The position numbers and the translations under genes were made by a program. DNA of 64,000 nt, taken from assembly GCA_034522515.1 (NCBI GenBank), contig JAXHLF010000025.1, positions 32,498 through 96,497 on the forward strand. Reading direction: 5' to 3'. Every line of letters starts with the position of its first letter. Positions within the stretch are counted from its first letter, which is position 1. Source of the stretch: Bacteroidales bacterium. GTDB taxonomy: Bacteria > Bacteroidota > Bacteroidia > Bacteroidales > VadinHA17. Under the pieces are notes generated by a model, which saw only the letters and a list, made by a program, of their open reading frames with translations, searched no databases and was not told the origin of the DNA. Positions 41,514 through 51,672 of the stretch are shown in pieces.

Positions 41514-42607
41514 CGGTAATGGTATAATAGGAATACTCTTCGTTTATCTCGTCAAACTTGTATGTGAGCCGTCCGCCAGACCGGCGGGCCATCTCAAGAA
41601 GACCCATATACCCGGTTGACACCTTCGACATGTCCTGACCCATCAGGGCGACCTTCAGCAGTTTCTTCAGACCCTCTTCATCATACCTGTTGACCATGTC
41701 AAGCTTCTGGATGAGAAGATCGGCATCACGGGTCCTTATGAGGTTCCCGGAGGTGATGATGAATGAGGCGGGAGTCTTCCTGATCATTGCCAATGGGATG
41801 CCATGCTTCTGCTCGGCTTCAAAGCCGGGACTGTGCTGGGCCACGTTCTGGAGGAGCTCGATCAGTGTGGCAAAAACACGCTTGTGGAGATTTTGTTCAA
41901 GTTCGGCCTCCCTCATGGTGGTCTCGCTGAAGTTGAGCAGCTCCTTGCTGATGGCATGAGTCATCGGGCCGGCCCAGATGAAGAAGATACTGTTCGCCTT
42001 CATCATCCGTTCCAGCTGTGCTACCTTTTTGGTATCGAAGGAGGCGTGTGATCCGTCGGGCTCACTGATTCCCTTGCCTCCGGCATCAACCGTTTTGCTC
42101 AGGATGAAATATGAATATTTATCGTCTATCGGAAGAAAATCATATTCGAGCCTGTTGCCCGTCTTGCGGGCCATCTCCATCAGGCCCAGGCCTGCCCCAC
42201 CCTTCTTGCCTATCTTTGTGTCCTGGAGCATGGTCCTGTAAACATCCCTGATCTTGTCGGGATCGAGGTTGTTAATCTTTTCCAGGTGGCTCTTCAGTCC
42301 TTTGACTTCGCTGTTCTTCAGGGCGTTGCCGGTGCTCACCGTGTAGCCGTCGGCAGTCTTGTTGTAGACAACCAGTGAGGTTATCTCCTCACTCTTCGAT
42401 GATGCCGTGCCTGGTGATATTCTGAAGGTTCTCGAGAACGAACATGAAGAGCCGTTTGCGGCCGAGGAGACTGAAATCCGAGAATTCCATCTCTCTCTCA
42501 AGAAGCGTAAGCAGGCCTACCGAGTTATCACCCGTCACCTCGCCACGGTAAGCGAACATCAAATGTTCATCTGACAGCTTTTGCCTTAATTTGTTAATAA
42601 GTTCCAT
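41470..42607 (-). CDS. Tandem-domain SiaB-like (GHKL ATPase-type) protein, frameshift near 42400
   Basis: There are two homologous halves. Each has an N-terminal F(A/I)Y(R/W)G...(T/M)...L motif, an (L)ENLQNI(T/A)(R/Q)H motif, and a C-terminal ATP-lid-like GGAGLGLMEMARKTGNRLEYDF (first half) or TGYMGLLEMARRSGGRLTYKF (second half). The start MELINKLRQK is at ATG 42607. Confidence 0.6.
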
Positions 42608-42708
42608 ACGTTCCGACCGAAATGAAGTAAAACCTTTCCCGGTCACAAATAAAGCAAAAAGATATCTGTTAAAAAATATTAATATGATATTTATCCTTTG
42701 GGGCATTA

Positions 42709-42799
42709 TCCGGCCGGGCATTCGGCAGAGCATCCGGCAGAGTATCCGGCAGTGTTCCGGCAGAGGTCCGGTAGAGGTCCGGCAGAGGTCCGGTAGCCT
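42709..42799. repeat. Tandem array of about 8 copies of an 11-12 bp unit (consensus TCCGGCAGAGG)
   Basis: ATCCGGCCGGGC ATTCGGCAGAGC ATCCGGCAGAGT ATCCGGCAGTGT TCCGGCAGAGG TCCGGTAGAGG TCCGGCAGAGG TCCGGTAGCC, read directly from the sequence. Confidence 0.9.
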
Positions 42800-42926
42800 G
42801 TGAGTTATTTTTTGAAACCCCAATTCATAGGCAGGGTGCCACTATGGCAAAAATTATCCGGTTTGAGGATTCTTCCTATTGACTAATTGTGCGTATTTTT
42901 ATATTGCGATTGACAATCAACAACTA

Positions 42927-43200
42927 ATGGAACTGTCAGAATATTTAAAGAATATTACAAAACTGTCGATTGCTGGAAGAAGACCTGAAAAACCTATTTG
43001 ACCCGAAAGAGTTTTCCAAAGGAGATCATTTGTTCACCGAGGAGAGGTCTGCCTCATATGTTTTTTATTAAAAAGGTCTGATATATTATTGAGGAAGGAA
43101 ATAACCGCATGGTTTTCTGCCGAAAACTCCCTGATTACAGCTTTGGACAGTTTTTACTATACAAGCCTACAAAATTATGTGAAGTACTTGAAATTATGTT
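42927..43200 (+). pseudogene. Remnant of a Crp/Fnr-family (cNMP-binding) regulator
   Basis: MELSEYLKNITKLS.LLEEDLKNLFDPKEFSKGDHLFTEERSASYVFFIKKGL... is readable only across several frames and stops. No HTH half remains. Confidence 0.4.
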
Positions 43201-43468
43201 ATTCATCCGATTACTTGAATTTGAGATAATATTAAACAAAAAGGAGCCCGTCATTTATATTTTATAATAACCCGTAAAATGACGGAGTATATAATAAATT
43301 CATAAACACTGATAAATTATCCTTAATATCCAGCGACTAGGCCTATGATCCTATTGGGTATTAAGAAAGCTGTAACTTTTTTTATTTATATTACCTTTAC
43401 ATTACTCCAATTATAATTAAAAAAAAATTTATTGATATAGGAAGGATATTTTAAGCAATGCATTTATC

Positions 43469-43747
43469 TTGATCTATGCCGTACCAGGCAAAAACCTTCA
43501 TCCCCTATTTGTAAAGGAATTAAGTATTCTTGAACAAAGGTACTCCGGCGACCTGATTGTCCATATTTTAAAAATTGATGCTGCATCACACCGGTCCAAA
43601 CAGATTAATAGAGCAACTATCAACAGCAACACCTTTCCGGTAATGAAATTCTCTGTATTCGGGAATGCTGAATTTGTCGACTATGTGTCAGGGGTTCTTG
43701 GATTCCTTGAAGTGGAAGCAGCAATGATACATTCAAAAGTAATATAA
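43469..43747 (+). pseudogene. 3' fragment resembling the NAD(P)-binding C-terminus of a ferredoxin/flavodoxin reductase-type oxidoreductase
   Basis: 92-aa ORF with no upstream FAD-binding part. The pattern LIYAV.GKN...ELS.LEQRY...V..IL...F.VFG...F... resembles the C-terminal domain of FNR-like proteins. The assignment is weak. Confidence 0.3.
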
Positions 43748-43825
43748 CACTTTGGGGAGCAGGATTCATGCGAAGTGTTTAAAAAGTAACTGATGAAATT
43801 AATATGCTAAAAAATCAATAACAAA

Positions 43826-45752
43826 ATGGAAGAAAAAAAGACACCAACAAAATCGGTCATCTATTACTACATAGGTGTGTTTGTAACAATGATCCTTCTC
43901 AATGCTTTGCTTTTGCCGTTGCTCAGGGAAAATCAGATAACCAAAGTAGACTACGGGACCTTTATCATGAAAGTAGACAGTGGATTGGTAAAAACTGTCA
44001 GTATTCATGACGATCTGATTCTCTTTACTTTGCAGAAAGATGATAATACAGGGGAAGCTAACTCGTTTGGGCCCAAAGATCAGTTGCCCTTATTGTTGCA
44101 GGAGGGAAATGACAAAGAGCCAGTCTGCTCAACTGTGCCATTGAATAACCCGGGCGCTTGTTGACCGCCTCATGAACGCCCCAAGCCCAAATGCAAACGG
44201 GAAGATTGAATTTACCAAAGTACTTCCAAAAAAGAATTCCCCCCTTCTTAGCTTTCTGTTCACATGGATACTCCCCATGATCATATTTTATGGAATTGGC
44301 GAAGTCTTTACAAAAAGGATGCAGCAGCCTGGGATGGGCGGAAACAATTTTCTGACGCTGGGAAAGAGCAATGCAAAAATCTATGTCCAGGCGGAGACCG
44401 GGAAAACATTTGCTGATGTGGCAGGCCAGGAGGAGGCCAAGGAATCACTAAAGGAAGTAATTGACTTTCTGCATAATCCGTGCAAAGTATGCGGAAATAG
44501 GTGCATCCCTGCCAAAAGGAGCTTTGCTTGTGGGTCCTCCCGGAACCGGAAAGACACTGCTGGCCAAGGCTGTTGCAGGCGAAGCAAACGTGCCTTTCTT
44601 CTCTATATCAGGTTCTGAATTTGTTGAAATGTTTGTGGGTATGGGAGCAGCCAAGGTCAGGGATCTATTTAAACAGGCCGCTGAGAAAGCCCCGTGCATA
44701 ATATTTATTGATGAAATTGATACTATCGGCAAAAGGCGTGACAGTGGTATTGTGGGGGGAAACGATGAAAGGGAACAGACACTGAACCAGCTCCTGGCCG
44801 AAATGGATGGGTTTGACGGTACTAAAGGCATTATAATTCTTGCAGCCACAAACAGGCCTGAGATATTGGATAAGGCGCTGCTTCGTCCGGGGCGCTTCGA
44901 CCGGAGAATCCCTGTTGAACTGCCTGACCTTAAGGGCCGGGAAGCCATATTAAAGGTTCATTCAAAAACTAAAAAGCTCAGAAACGATATTGATTTCAAT
45001 ATAGTGGCAAGAGCCACTGCAGGAGCATCAGGAGCAGACCTTGCCAATATGGTCAACGAGGCAGCCTTACGTGCAGTACGCGCAGGGAAGAAATGAAATA
45101 AGCCAGAGCGATCTTGAAGAAAGTGTTGAGGTAGTAATAGCTGGTTTCCAGCGAAAGGAAAAAACAATCTCCCGGAAAGAAAAAGAGATAGTGGCTTATC
45201 ATGAGATAGGGCACGCTCTGGTGGCAGCAAAACAAACTGATTCCGCCCCCGTACATAAAATTACCATTATACCGAGAACATCAGGCGCACTGGGATATAC
45301 CATGCAGGTGGATTCCGAAGAACATTATCTGTTGAGTAAAGAGGAACTATTTAACAAGATTGCAACGCTGACAGCCGGTCGTGCCGCAGAGGAGATCGTG
45401 TTTAACCAAATAACGTCAGGTGCAGCCAATGATATTGAGCAGGCTACAAGAGTTTGCACGTTCAATGGTCACACGTTTCGGCATGAGTGATAATTACGAT
45501 ATGATGGCCCTGGAGACAGTAACCAACCAGTACCTCGGCGGAGATGCTTCTTTGATCTGTTCTGCCGAAACTGCATCCAGGATCGATATCGAGGTACTTT
45601 CCATTATAAAGGATGCTCATAAAAAAGCAACCGGTATCCTTAAAGAAAACAGAAAGCTGCTTGATGTTCTTTCAACGTATCTTATGGATAAAGAAACAAT
45701 TACTGGTGAGGAATTTATAAAAATAGTGAACGATGAAACCTCCATGGCTTAA
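43826..45752 (+). CDS. ftsH: FtsH-family AAA+ zinc metalloprotease (accessory copy in AT-rich segment), about 4 frameshifts
   Basis: Fragments 43826..44164, 44172..44618, 44461..45096, 45041..45490 and 45420..45752 join into one protein. They carry an N-terminal TM segment, Walker A GPPGTGKT, Walker B IIFIDEID, the second region of homology [19 protein letters not shown], and the zinc motif HEIGHAL. Confidence 0.85.
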
Positions 45753-45822
45753 TGTCCACTAGACATTAGTTTAATAATCAGGTACATGGAGGTACCATTA
45801 TCCATGAAACTAAAATTATCCC

Positions 45823-46530
45823 ATGATGAAAACAAGTATAATCATATGCACATATAATGAGGAAAAGACCATTGCAGATGTATTGACCGCATGCTGCAAA
45901 CTTAATCCTGATTATGAAATTATTGTTGTCGATGATGGCTCAACTGACAATACAGAAAACATCCTGAGCGAATTATCCGGAAGATATTCATTCAGGTACG
46001 AAAGACTCACGAAAAACATGGGTAAAAGCTGGGCTATGGCACACGGTGTTGAAATATCAGAAAATGAGATAATCCTGTTTTTTGATGCAGATGTTTCAAA
46101 TATTATGAAAGAACATTTTGATGAATTATTAACCAATTATTGACATACGGCATATGTTTTAGGTCAGCCCTCGGAGACATTAATTGACTACCGGATAAAC
46201 CCATTCAAGGTCCTGACCGGGGAGAGGGCATTATTAAAAAAGGACTTGATTCCGGTTCTTGATGATATTAGAGATATCATTTTGGGGTTGAAGATTTTCT
46301 TAATCTGTATTATCAGGCGCAGGGTAAACGTATCAGTTATATACTGCTGAAGGGATTAAAACACCCAAGTACGTATGAAAAATCAGGTTCTGTTACCCTG
46401 GCTACCAAAAAATATTTAGATGAGGGCAAAGAAATTGCCATGACAATATTAAACAATCAGGATCTTATTAATCAACGTGTTGAATTATTGATCAGCAAAA
46501 CGAATTCAAACGCAAAGAGGAAGGTCTGAT
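45823..46530 (+). pseudogene. GT2 family glycosyltransferase, degraded
   Basis: The N-terminal 106 aa are intact (SIIICTYNEEKTI...IIVVDDGSTDNT...FFDAD). The rest (...LTGERALLKKDLIP...YYQAQGKRISYILLKGLKHPSTYEKSG...) is readable only through multiple frame changes and stops. Confidence 0.6.
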
Positions 46531-46605
46531 GCAGTACAGAATGATATAATGGCAAACTTCAGGAATTAAAGGAAAAACTAAGTTTTAAGTTATGACAAGG
46601 CAGCA

Positions 46606-47509
46606 ATGAAAAAAAACGTAACCCTTGTACTTTCCGGAGGAGGGGCAAGAGGGTTTGCTCATATCGGTGCAATAGAAGAGATTGAAAGCCGGGGGTACAT
46701 AATAGACTCAATTGCCGGAACATCAATGGGTGCTTTGGTTGGTGGAGTATATGCAGCCGGAAAAATGAATGAGTATAAAAAATGGGCTTATACCCTCGAT
46801 AAGCAGGAAGTCCTGAAACTTATTGATTTTCTCATTCAGCAACCAGGGATTGATTAAGGGCGACAGAGTGCTTAAAGCAATGAAAAAGTTCATTCCTGAT
46901 GCCAATATTGAAGATCTGAAGATCAAGTATACCGCTACCGCCTTTGATCTGGCCCAGAATAAAGAAATTGTGTTCAGGAAGGGGAAGTATTACGATGCAA
47001 TAAGAGCATCTATTTCTATTCCAACGGTGTTTACCCCGGTTGTCAGCGGTGATGCTGTACTTGTGGATGGCGGAGTGGTAAACAACATCCCGGTAAATAA
47101 TGCAATCAGAACAAAAAACGATCTGCTGATTGCCGTGTATGTGAATGCTGATGTTCCTGTCCGTGACATAAATATAGCAGGCAAAAACCAGAGACAGGAG
47201 TTATATACTCATAAAATCAATGAGTTCAGAAAAAGTATAAACAGGTCAAATTCCGCTGAGCAAAAGAAGAAGTTCCATTATTTCAATCTCATCAACGACA
47301 CAATAGCAGTCATGACAAATCACCAGGCCTCAACTATACTAAGAAATTCGCCCCCGGACATTCTGGTTGAGATCGCAAAAAGATCCTGTGGAACATTTGA
47401 TTTCTACAAAGCTGAGGAACTGGTGGAGATGGGAAGATATGCCACACGGGAAAAACTGGATTCATTGCAAGAGCAGACTAAAGCTGAACAGGCATGGGCC
47501 CGGGTATGA
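46606..47509 (+). CDS. Patatin-like phospholipase (RssA-like), frameshift near 46850
   Basis: LVLSGGGARGFAHIGAIEEIE is the oxyanion GGGxRG. AGTSMGALVG is the GxSxG nucleophile. VLVDGGVVNNIPV carries the catalytic DGG. These lie in ORFs 46606..46857 and 46823..47509. Confidence 0.8.
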
Positions 47510-47617
47510 CAATGCAAACCGCATTGAACCACACATAAAACAAAAAAAAATAACTATACGGACCAGCCGAACAACGTTATACAAAGTAGGCGCAAAACCA
47601 TTTAAAAATTAAAAATT

Positions 47618-48257
47618 ATGACAACTTTTTTTCAAACAATCACAAGATCGGTAAAGCATTGGTACATACCGTTGATTATTGGTATTATCCTTATTGCGGC
47701 AGGCATTTACGTGTTTACAGTGCCCCTGGAAACTTACCTTACGCTTTCCGTGCTTTTCAGTATTTCCTTTATTGTTATTGGATTATTGAATATTTTCTTT
47801 TCAATCCGGAACCGTAAAATCCTGCATGGATGGGGCTGGTATCTGGTAGGTGGACTTCTTTCACTTGCCGCGGGAATTATTCTCAGCATTTATCCGGGGA
47901 TATCCATTGTCATTTTGCCCTTTGTAGTGGGTTTTACCCTGCTGTTTCTCTCGCTTCTCCTGATGGGATACTCCTTTGACATGAAGAGCATGGGTATTCT
48001 CAATTGGGGGTATGCTGCCATACTAAGTGTGTTTGGAGTATTGTTTTCATTCATGCTTATTGTGAGTCCTCTGATTTCCGGCATTTCCCTGGTAACGATC
48101 ACAGGAGTTTTAATTTATTTTTATCGGGGCATCTTCGATCTCTCTCTCCTTTGACCTCAGGAAAGTAAAAAAGATACCTGAAAAATTAAGTTCTGAACTG
48201 AAAAACAGGATTGCCGCCATTAAGAAGGAAGTAGACGAAGCCAACACAGGCAAATAA
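47618..48257 (+). CDS. HdeD-family (DUF308) membrane protein, frameshift near 48150
   Basis: Six TM segments with the repeated DUF308-type pattern. The C-terminal amphipathic tail LRKVKKIPEKLSSELKNRIAAIKKEVDEANTGK is readable in a second frame and ends at TAA 48255..48257. Confidence 0.65.
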
Positions 48258-48325
48258 AGTGTTCCATAGTAGAAAGGAAAAAGACGAAGGCAACACAGGT
48301 AAATAAAGTGCTCCGGTAGTAGAAA
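48228..48325 (+). repeat. About 48-bp tandem duplication spanning the HdeD-like stop codon
   Basis: GAAGTAGACGAAGCCAACACAGGCAAATAAAGTGTTCCATAGTAGAAA is followed by GGAAAAAGACGAAGGCAACACAGGTAAATAAAGTGCTCCGGTAGTAGAAA. Confidence 0.8.
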
Positions 48326-48404
48326 TCGCAAAATACCCGGCACAGTAAAAACAGGTTCCACTCCAGAATCAGGAATCAGTTAAAATCTAGAAACAGATTT
48401 GTTC

Positions 48405-48552
48405 ATCCGGCCCAACCATCCCTGTCAATATTGCGGTAGTTAATCGCCTCCGACAGGTGGTCGGGCCTGATTGTTCCGATCCGTCAAGATCTGCTATGGA
48501 TCGTGCCACCTTGAAGGATTCTGTCATAGGTCCTCGCTGAGAGTCGGCGCAT
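48405..48552 (-). pseudogene. Degenerate duplicate of the last ~50 codons of comM
   Basis: Aligns base by base with 49981..50130, with roughly four-fifths identity by eye. The minus-strand translation is [26 protein letters not shown] / [22 protein letters not shown], with one missing base relative to the intact copy. Confidence 0.8.
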
Positions 48553-48613
48553 CGCCGGTGCATGAATCCGGACTTAGAAACAGACCTCTTCCCGGCATGA
48601 GATAGTCTTAGCT

Positions 48614-49856
48614 TTAAAAGCTGTACCTGAAATAGACCTCTGTCTCGATACCGTTTCTGTTGGACTTATCATCGGTCTCCGTATCCTTTGACGTGAACCA
48701 GGTATAATTAAGAGTCGGCACCATACTGAATCCTTTTGCTAAAAACAAATTATATCCGGCACCAAGAAACAGTATTGTCCGGTTTTCAGTGGTTGTATAA
48801 GAACTCCCAAAATAGTCAGCTTTATCCGATGCTGTTCCGAAACCAAAACCGGTAAAAGCGAAAGCATTATTCAGCTCTCCCTCCAGAGGCAGGTTTGCCA
48901 TAATTTTTGGTTTGACCATCCACGAAAAGCTGCTCTGCTTATCATCAGTGTCTTTATCCCTGCTGCCGGATGATTTCAGCCTGAGCTCACCGCCGATTGC
49001 GATGTTATCAAATAAGTAGTGATAGTATTCGCCCAGCAGCAATCCGGACGAAATAGAATTACTGCCGTATTCATCACTACCGTTTGTGCCATTGTACAGG
49101 TATCTTGCCCCGACAAAATTCAGGTTAAACTGTGAGTAACCGCCTAACACATTCACTCCTTGTGCATACATGTTCGTGGAGAAGTCACGTACCTGGTCGC
49201 AATCTCCTGCGAACGACTCAATGGGCAATGAAAGACTCATTCTTGTTCCAAGGGTGAATCCGGAATAAATGTCTTTATACTCGTCATCCTTTATCACATT
49301 ATAATCGTACGCCAGGTAGGGGATAAAATATAGACCACCTGAATTGCCGAGTGCGATTGGAGCGCCTGCTTCCAAATTTAATCCGATATCACTGTGCTTT
49401 GTCTCATCGGGGATGGCAGGGGAATCATAGTTGTATGTGTCTATGCCACCCCTGAATTCAACTTTACCATAAAGATTTAAGACACCACCCATAGAACGTC
49501 CGTAAAGCGCATGAACTGAACCAAGGGTAGTAGCTGAAATTTCTTTGGTATCACCAATGATTTCCTTGGTCCTGTCACTGTGAATGCCAAATCCCACACC
49601 AAAACCATCTATCAGCATGTACGTAGCCTTAAAATCTAAGTTAAACCGGTTGCGATTCCCATAACTTTCACCGTCGATCTGTTAGTTTCTTCCATGATAA
49701 ACTCAGATTGTTAGACATATCCAGGATCGTATTTCCTTTCCTGAACAGGGAGTTTTCGGGAGTTATTGGCAACTTTTCCTGTCCGGAGACAGAGGTAATA
49801 ACTCCTGCCAGCATTGTCAGGATAAAGCCTGACCTAAAAAAATTCAGTGGTTTCAT
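48614..49856 (-). CDS. Outer-membrane beta-barrel protein (hypothetical), frameshift(s) near 49640
   Basis: Signal peptide in ORF 49668..49856 (MKPLNFFRSGFILTMLAGVITSVSGQ). The body, ORF 48614..49618, has alternating-hydrophobic beta-strand periodicity, is rich in G/Y/S/N, and ends in ...EVYFRYSF with a terminal Phe. Confidence 0.6.
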
Positions 49857-49978
49857 AACTTAATTTTTTTTAAGGGCTTTTTGTCAGTCCTGTTTAATCA
49901 ATGGATATCACTCCATAAAACAAACCACCCAGTTATAAGTTCAGTTACAGGCTTCCAAATCTGTTCGTTGGTGATGGG

Positions 49979-51518
49979 CTATCCGGCCCAACCCTCCCTG
50001 TCGAGATTGCGGTAGTTGATTGCCTCTGACAGGTGATCGGGTCTGATTGTCTCCGATCCGTCAAGGTCGGCTACGGTTCTTGCCACCTTGAGGATCCTGT
50101 CATAGGCCCTCGCTGAGAGTCCGCGCATCTCCATCGCAGCCCTGAGGAGTCTTCCTCCGGTGTCATCAAGATGGCAGTGCCGCCGCATCATGGCAGAAGT
50201 CATCTGGGCATTGCAGTATATCCCCTCATGGGCGGCAAAACGCCTTGCCTGTATGTCCCGGGCCTTTACGACCCGTTCACGAACCGCGGCGGAGGGCTCT
50301 GCCGCAGATGGTGGCGGCCAGCTTTTCATAGTTTACGGGCACAACTTCTATGTGGATGTCGATGCGGTCTAAGAGCGGGCCCGAGAGGCGGTTGAGGTAT
50401 CTCTGCACCATTCCCGGGGCGCAGGTGCACTCTTTCTCCGGATGGTTATGAAAGCCGCATGGGCAGGGATTCATCGACGCCACAAGCATGAACGAAGCCG
50501 GAAAGTCGCAGCTCATCTTTGCCCGCGAGATGGTTATTATCCTGTCCTCAAGTGGCTGTCGCAGAACCTCCAGGACACTCCGTTTGAACTCCGGCAGTTC
50601 ATCGAGGAAGAGTACTCCGTTATGTGCCAGGCTTATCTCTCCGGGCTGAGGCACGGTGCCGCCGCCGACCATGGCAATGTCTGAACTGGTGTGATGGGGA
50701 CTCCGGAATGGACGGTGTATCATCAGGGAGACATGGTTGTCAATCTTACCTGCCACCGAATGAACCTGAGTGGTCTCAAGAGCCTCCTCAAGTGTCAGGG
50801 GCGGGAGGATAGAGGGCAGACGGCGGGCGAGCATGGTCTTGCCAGATCCGGGAGGGCCGATCATAATTGCATTATGGGCTCCGGCGACTGCCACCTCCAG
50901 TGCGCGCCTTACATTCTCCTGCCCTCTGACATCGGCAAAGTCAGCGTCATACCTGTTCCCTTCACTGCTGAAGAGGTCATTCATATCAACTTTCACAGGC
51001 AGAGGACTGATTTCCCCACGCATAAAACTGAGAACCTCTCCTAGGCTGGTGATGCCGTAGACGTCAATGCCGTCGACCACAGCAGCCTCCGGGGCGTTAT
51101 CTGACGGCACCATCATGGCACGGAAGCCCGCTGCCCGTGCCTGCAGTGCCATGGGCAGCACACCCCTGACGGACCTGACGGCGCCGTCGAGCGACAACTC
51201 CCCGGTGAGCAGCATGCCATCGAGTCTCATGCCACTGACCATCTCCGATGCCGCCATGATGCCCACCGCAAGAGGCAGGTCATACGAGGATCCCTCCTTT
51301 CGGATGTCAGCCGGAGCCATGTTGATGATCACCTGTCTGCCGGGCCACCGTAATCCGACAGCACGCAGAGCCGACTCAATCCGCTGCTGACTCTCCTTGA
51401 CAGCTGTGTCGGGGAGCCCGACCAGCATGTAGCGGACACCGCGGGTGACATCAACCTCAATCGTAACGAGAACGGCCTCAATACCTAATACGGCAGCGCT
51501 GAAGGTCTTGACCAGCAT
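49979..51518 (-). CDS. comM: Mg-chelatase-like ATPase ComM/YifB, frameshift near 50310
   Basis: N-terminal Lon-protease-like domain ([23 protein letters not shown]...). AAA+ core with [13 protein letters not shown] and [12 protein letters not shown]-terminal domain in ORF 49979..50329. Confidence 0.88.
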
Positions 51519-51672
51519 GACTCATAATTTATGTGGCACAATAAAGGAGGAAATGCACTATAAATTTATGCATTAAGCAGGACAGAAACAATAGCAATAA
51601 AAATTTATGCCGGGCCCTGGTCTACTTTATACGGTTATTCATTACGGAAGCAGATCAGCCTGGAAAGAGTCC

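Larger units (their letters stand above)
42830..49975. mobile_element. Putative decayed genomic island / foreign segment abutting the 3' end of comM (no recombinase present)
   Basis: The composition is visibly AT-richer than the flanks. Pseudogene density is high. A degenerate second copy of the comM 3' end lies at 48405..48552. The boundaries are approximate. Confidence 0.35.

Noticed and set aside
42709-42799. Possible CRISPR array
   Set aside because: The units are only 11-12 bp and directly abutting, with no spacers. No cas genes are in the window. I classify it as a simple tandem repeat.
42800-42900. Third copy of the comM 3' end at the left edge of the AT-rich segment
   Set aside because: Short matches exist (TGCCAC, TTGAGGATTCT, CATAGG), but they are not collinear with the comM sequence. 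They are most likely chance.
46606-47509. Patatin-like lipase as a CBASS (CapV-type) defence effector
   Set aside because: There is no cyclase (CD-NTase), E1/E2 or other CBASS gene nearby. The N-terminal LVLSGGGARGFAHIG and the overall layout match housekeeping RssA/YlbK-like patatins.
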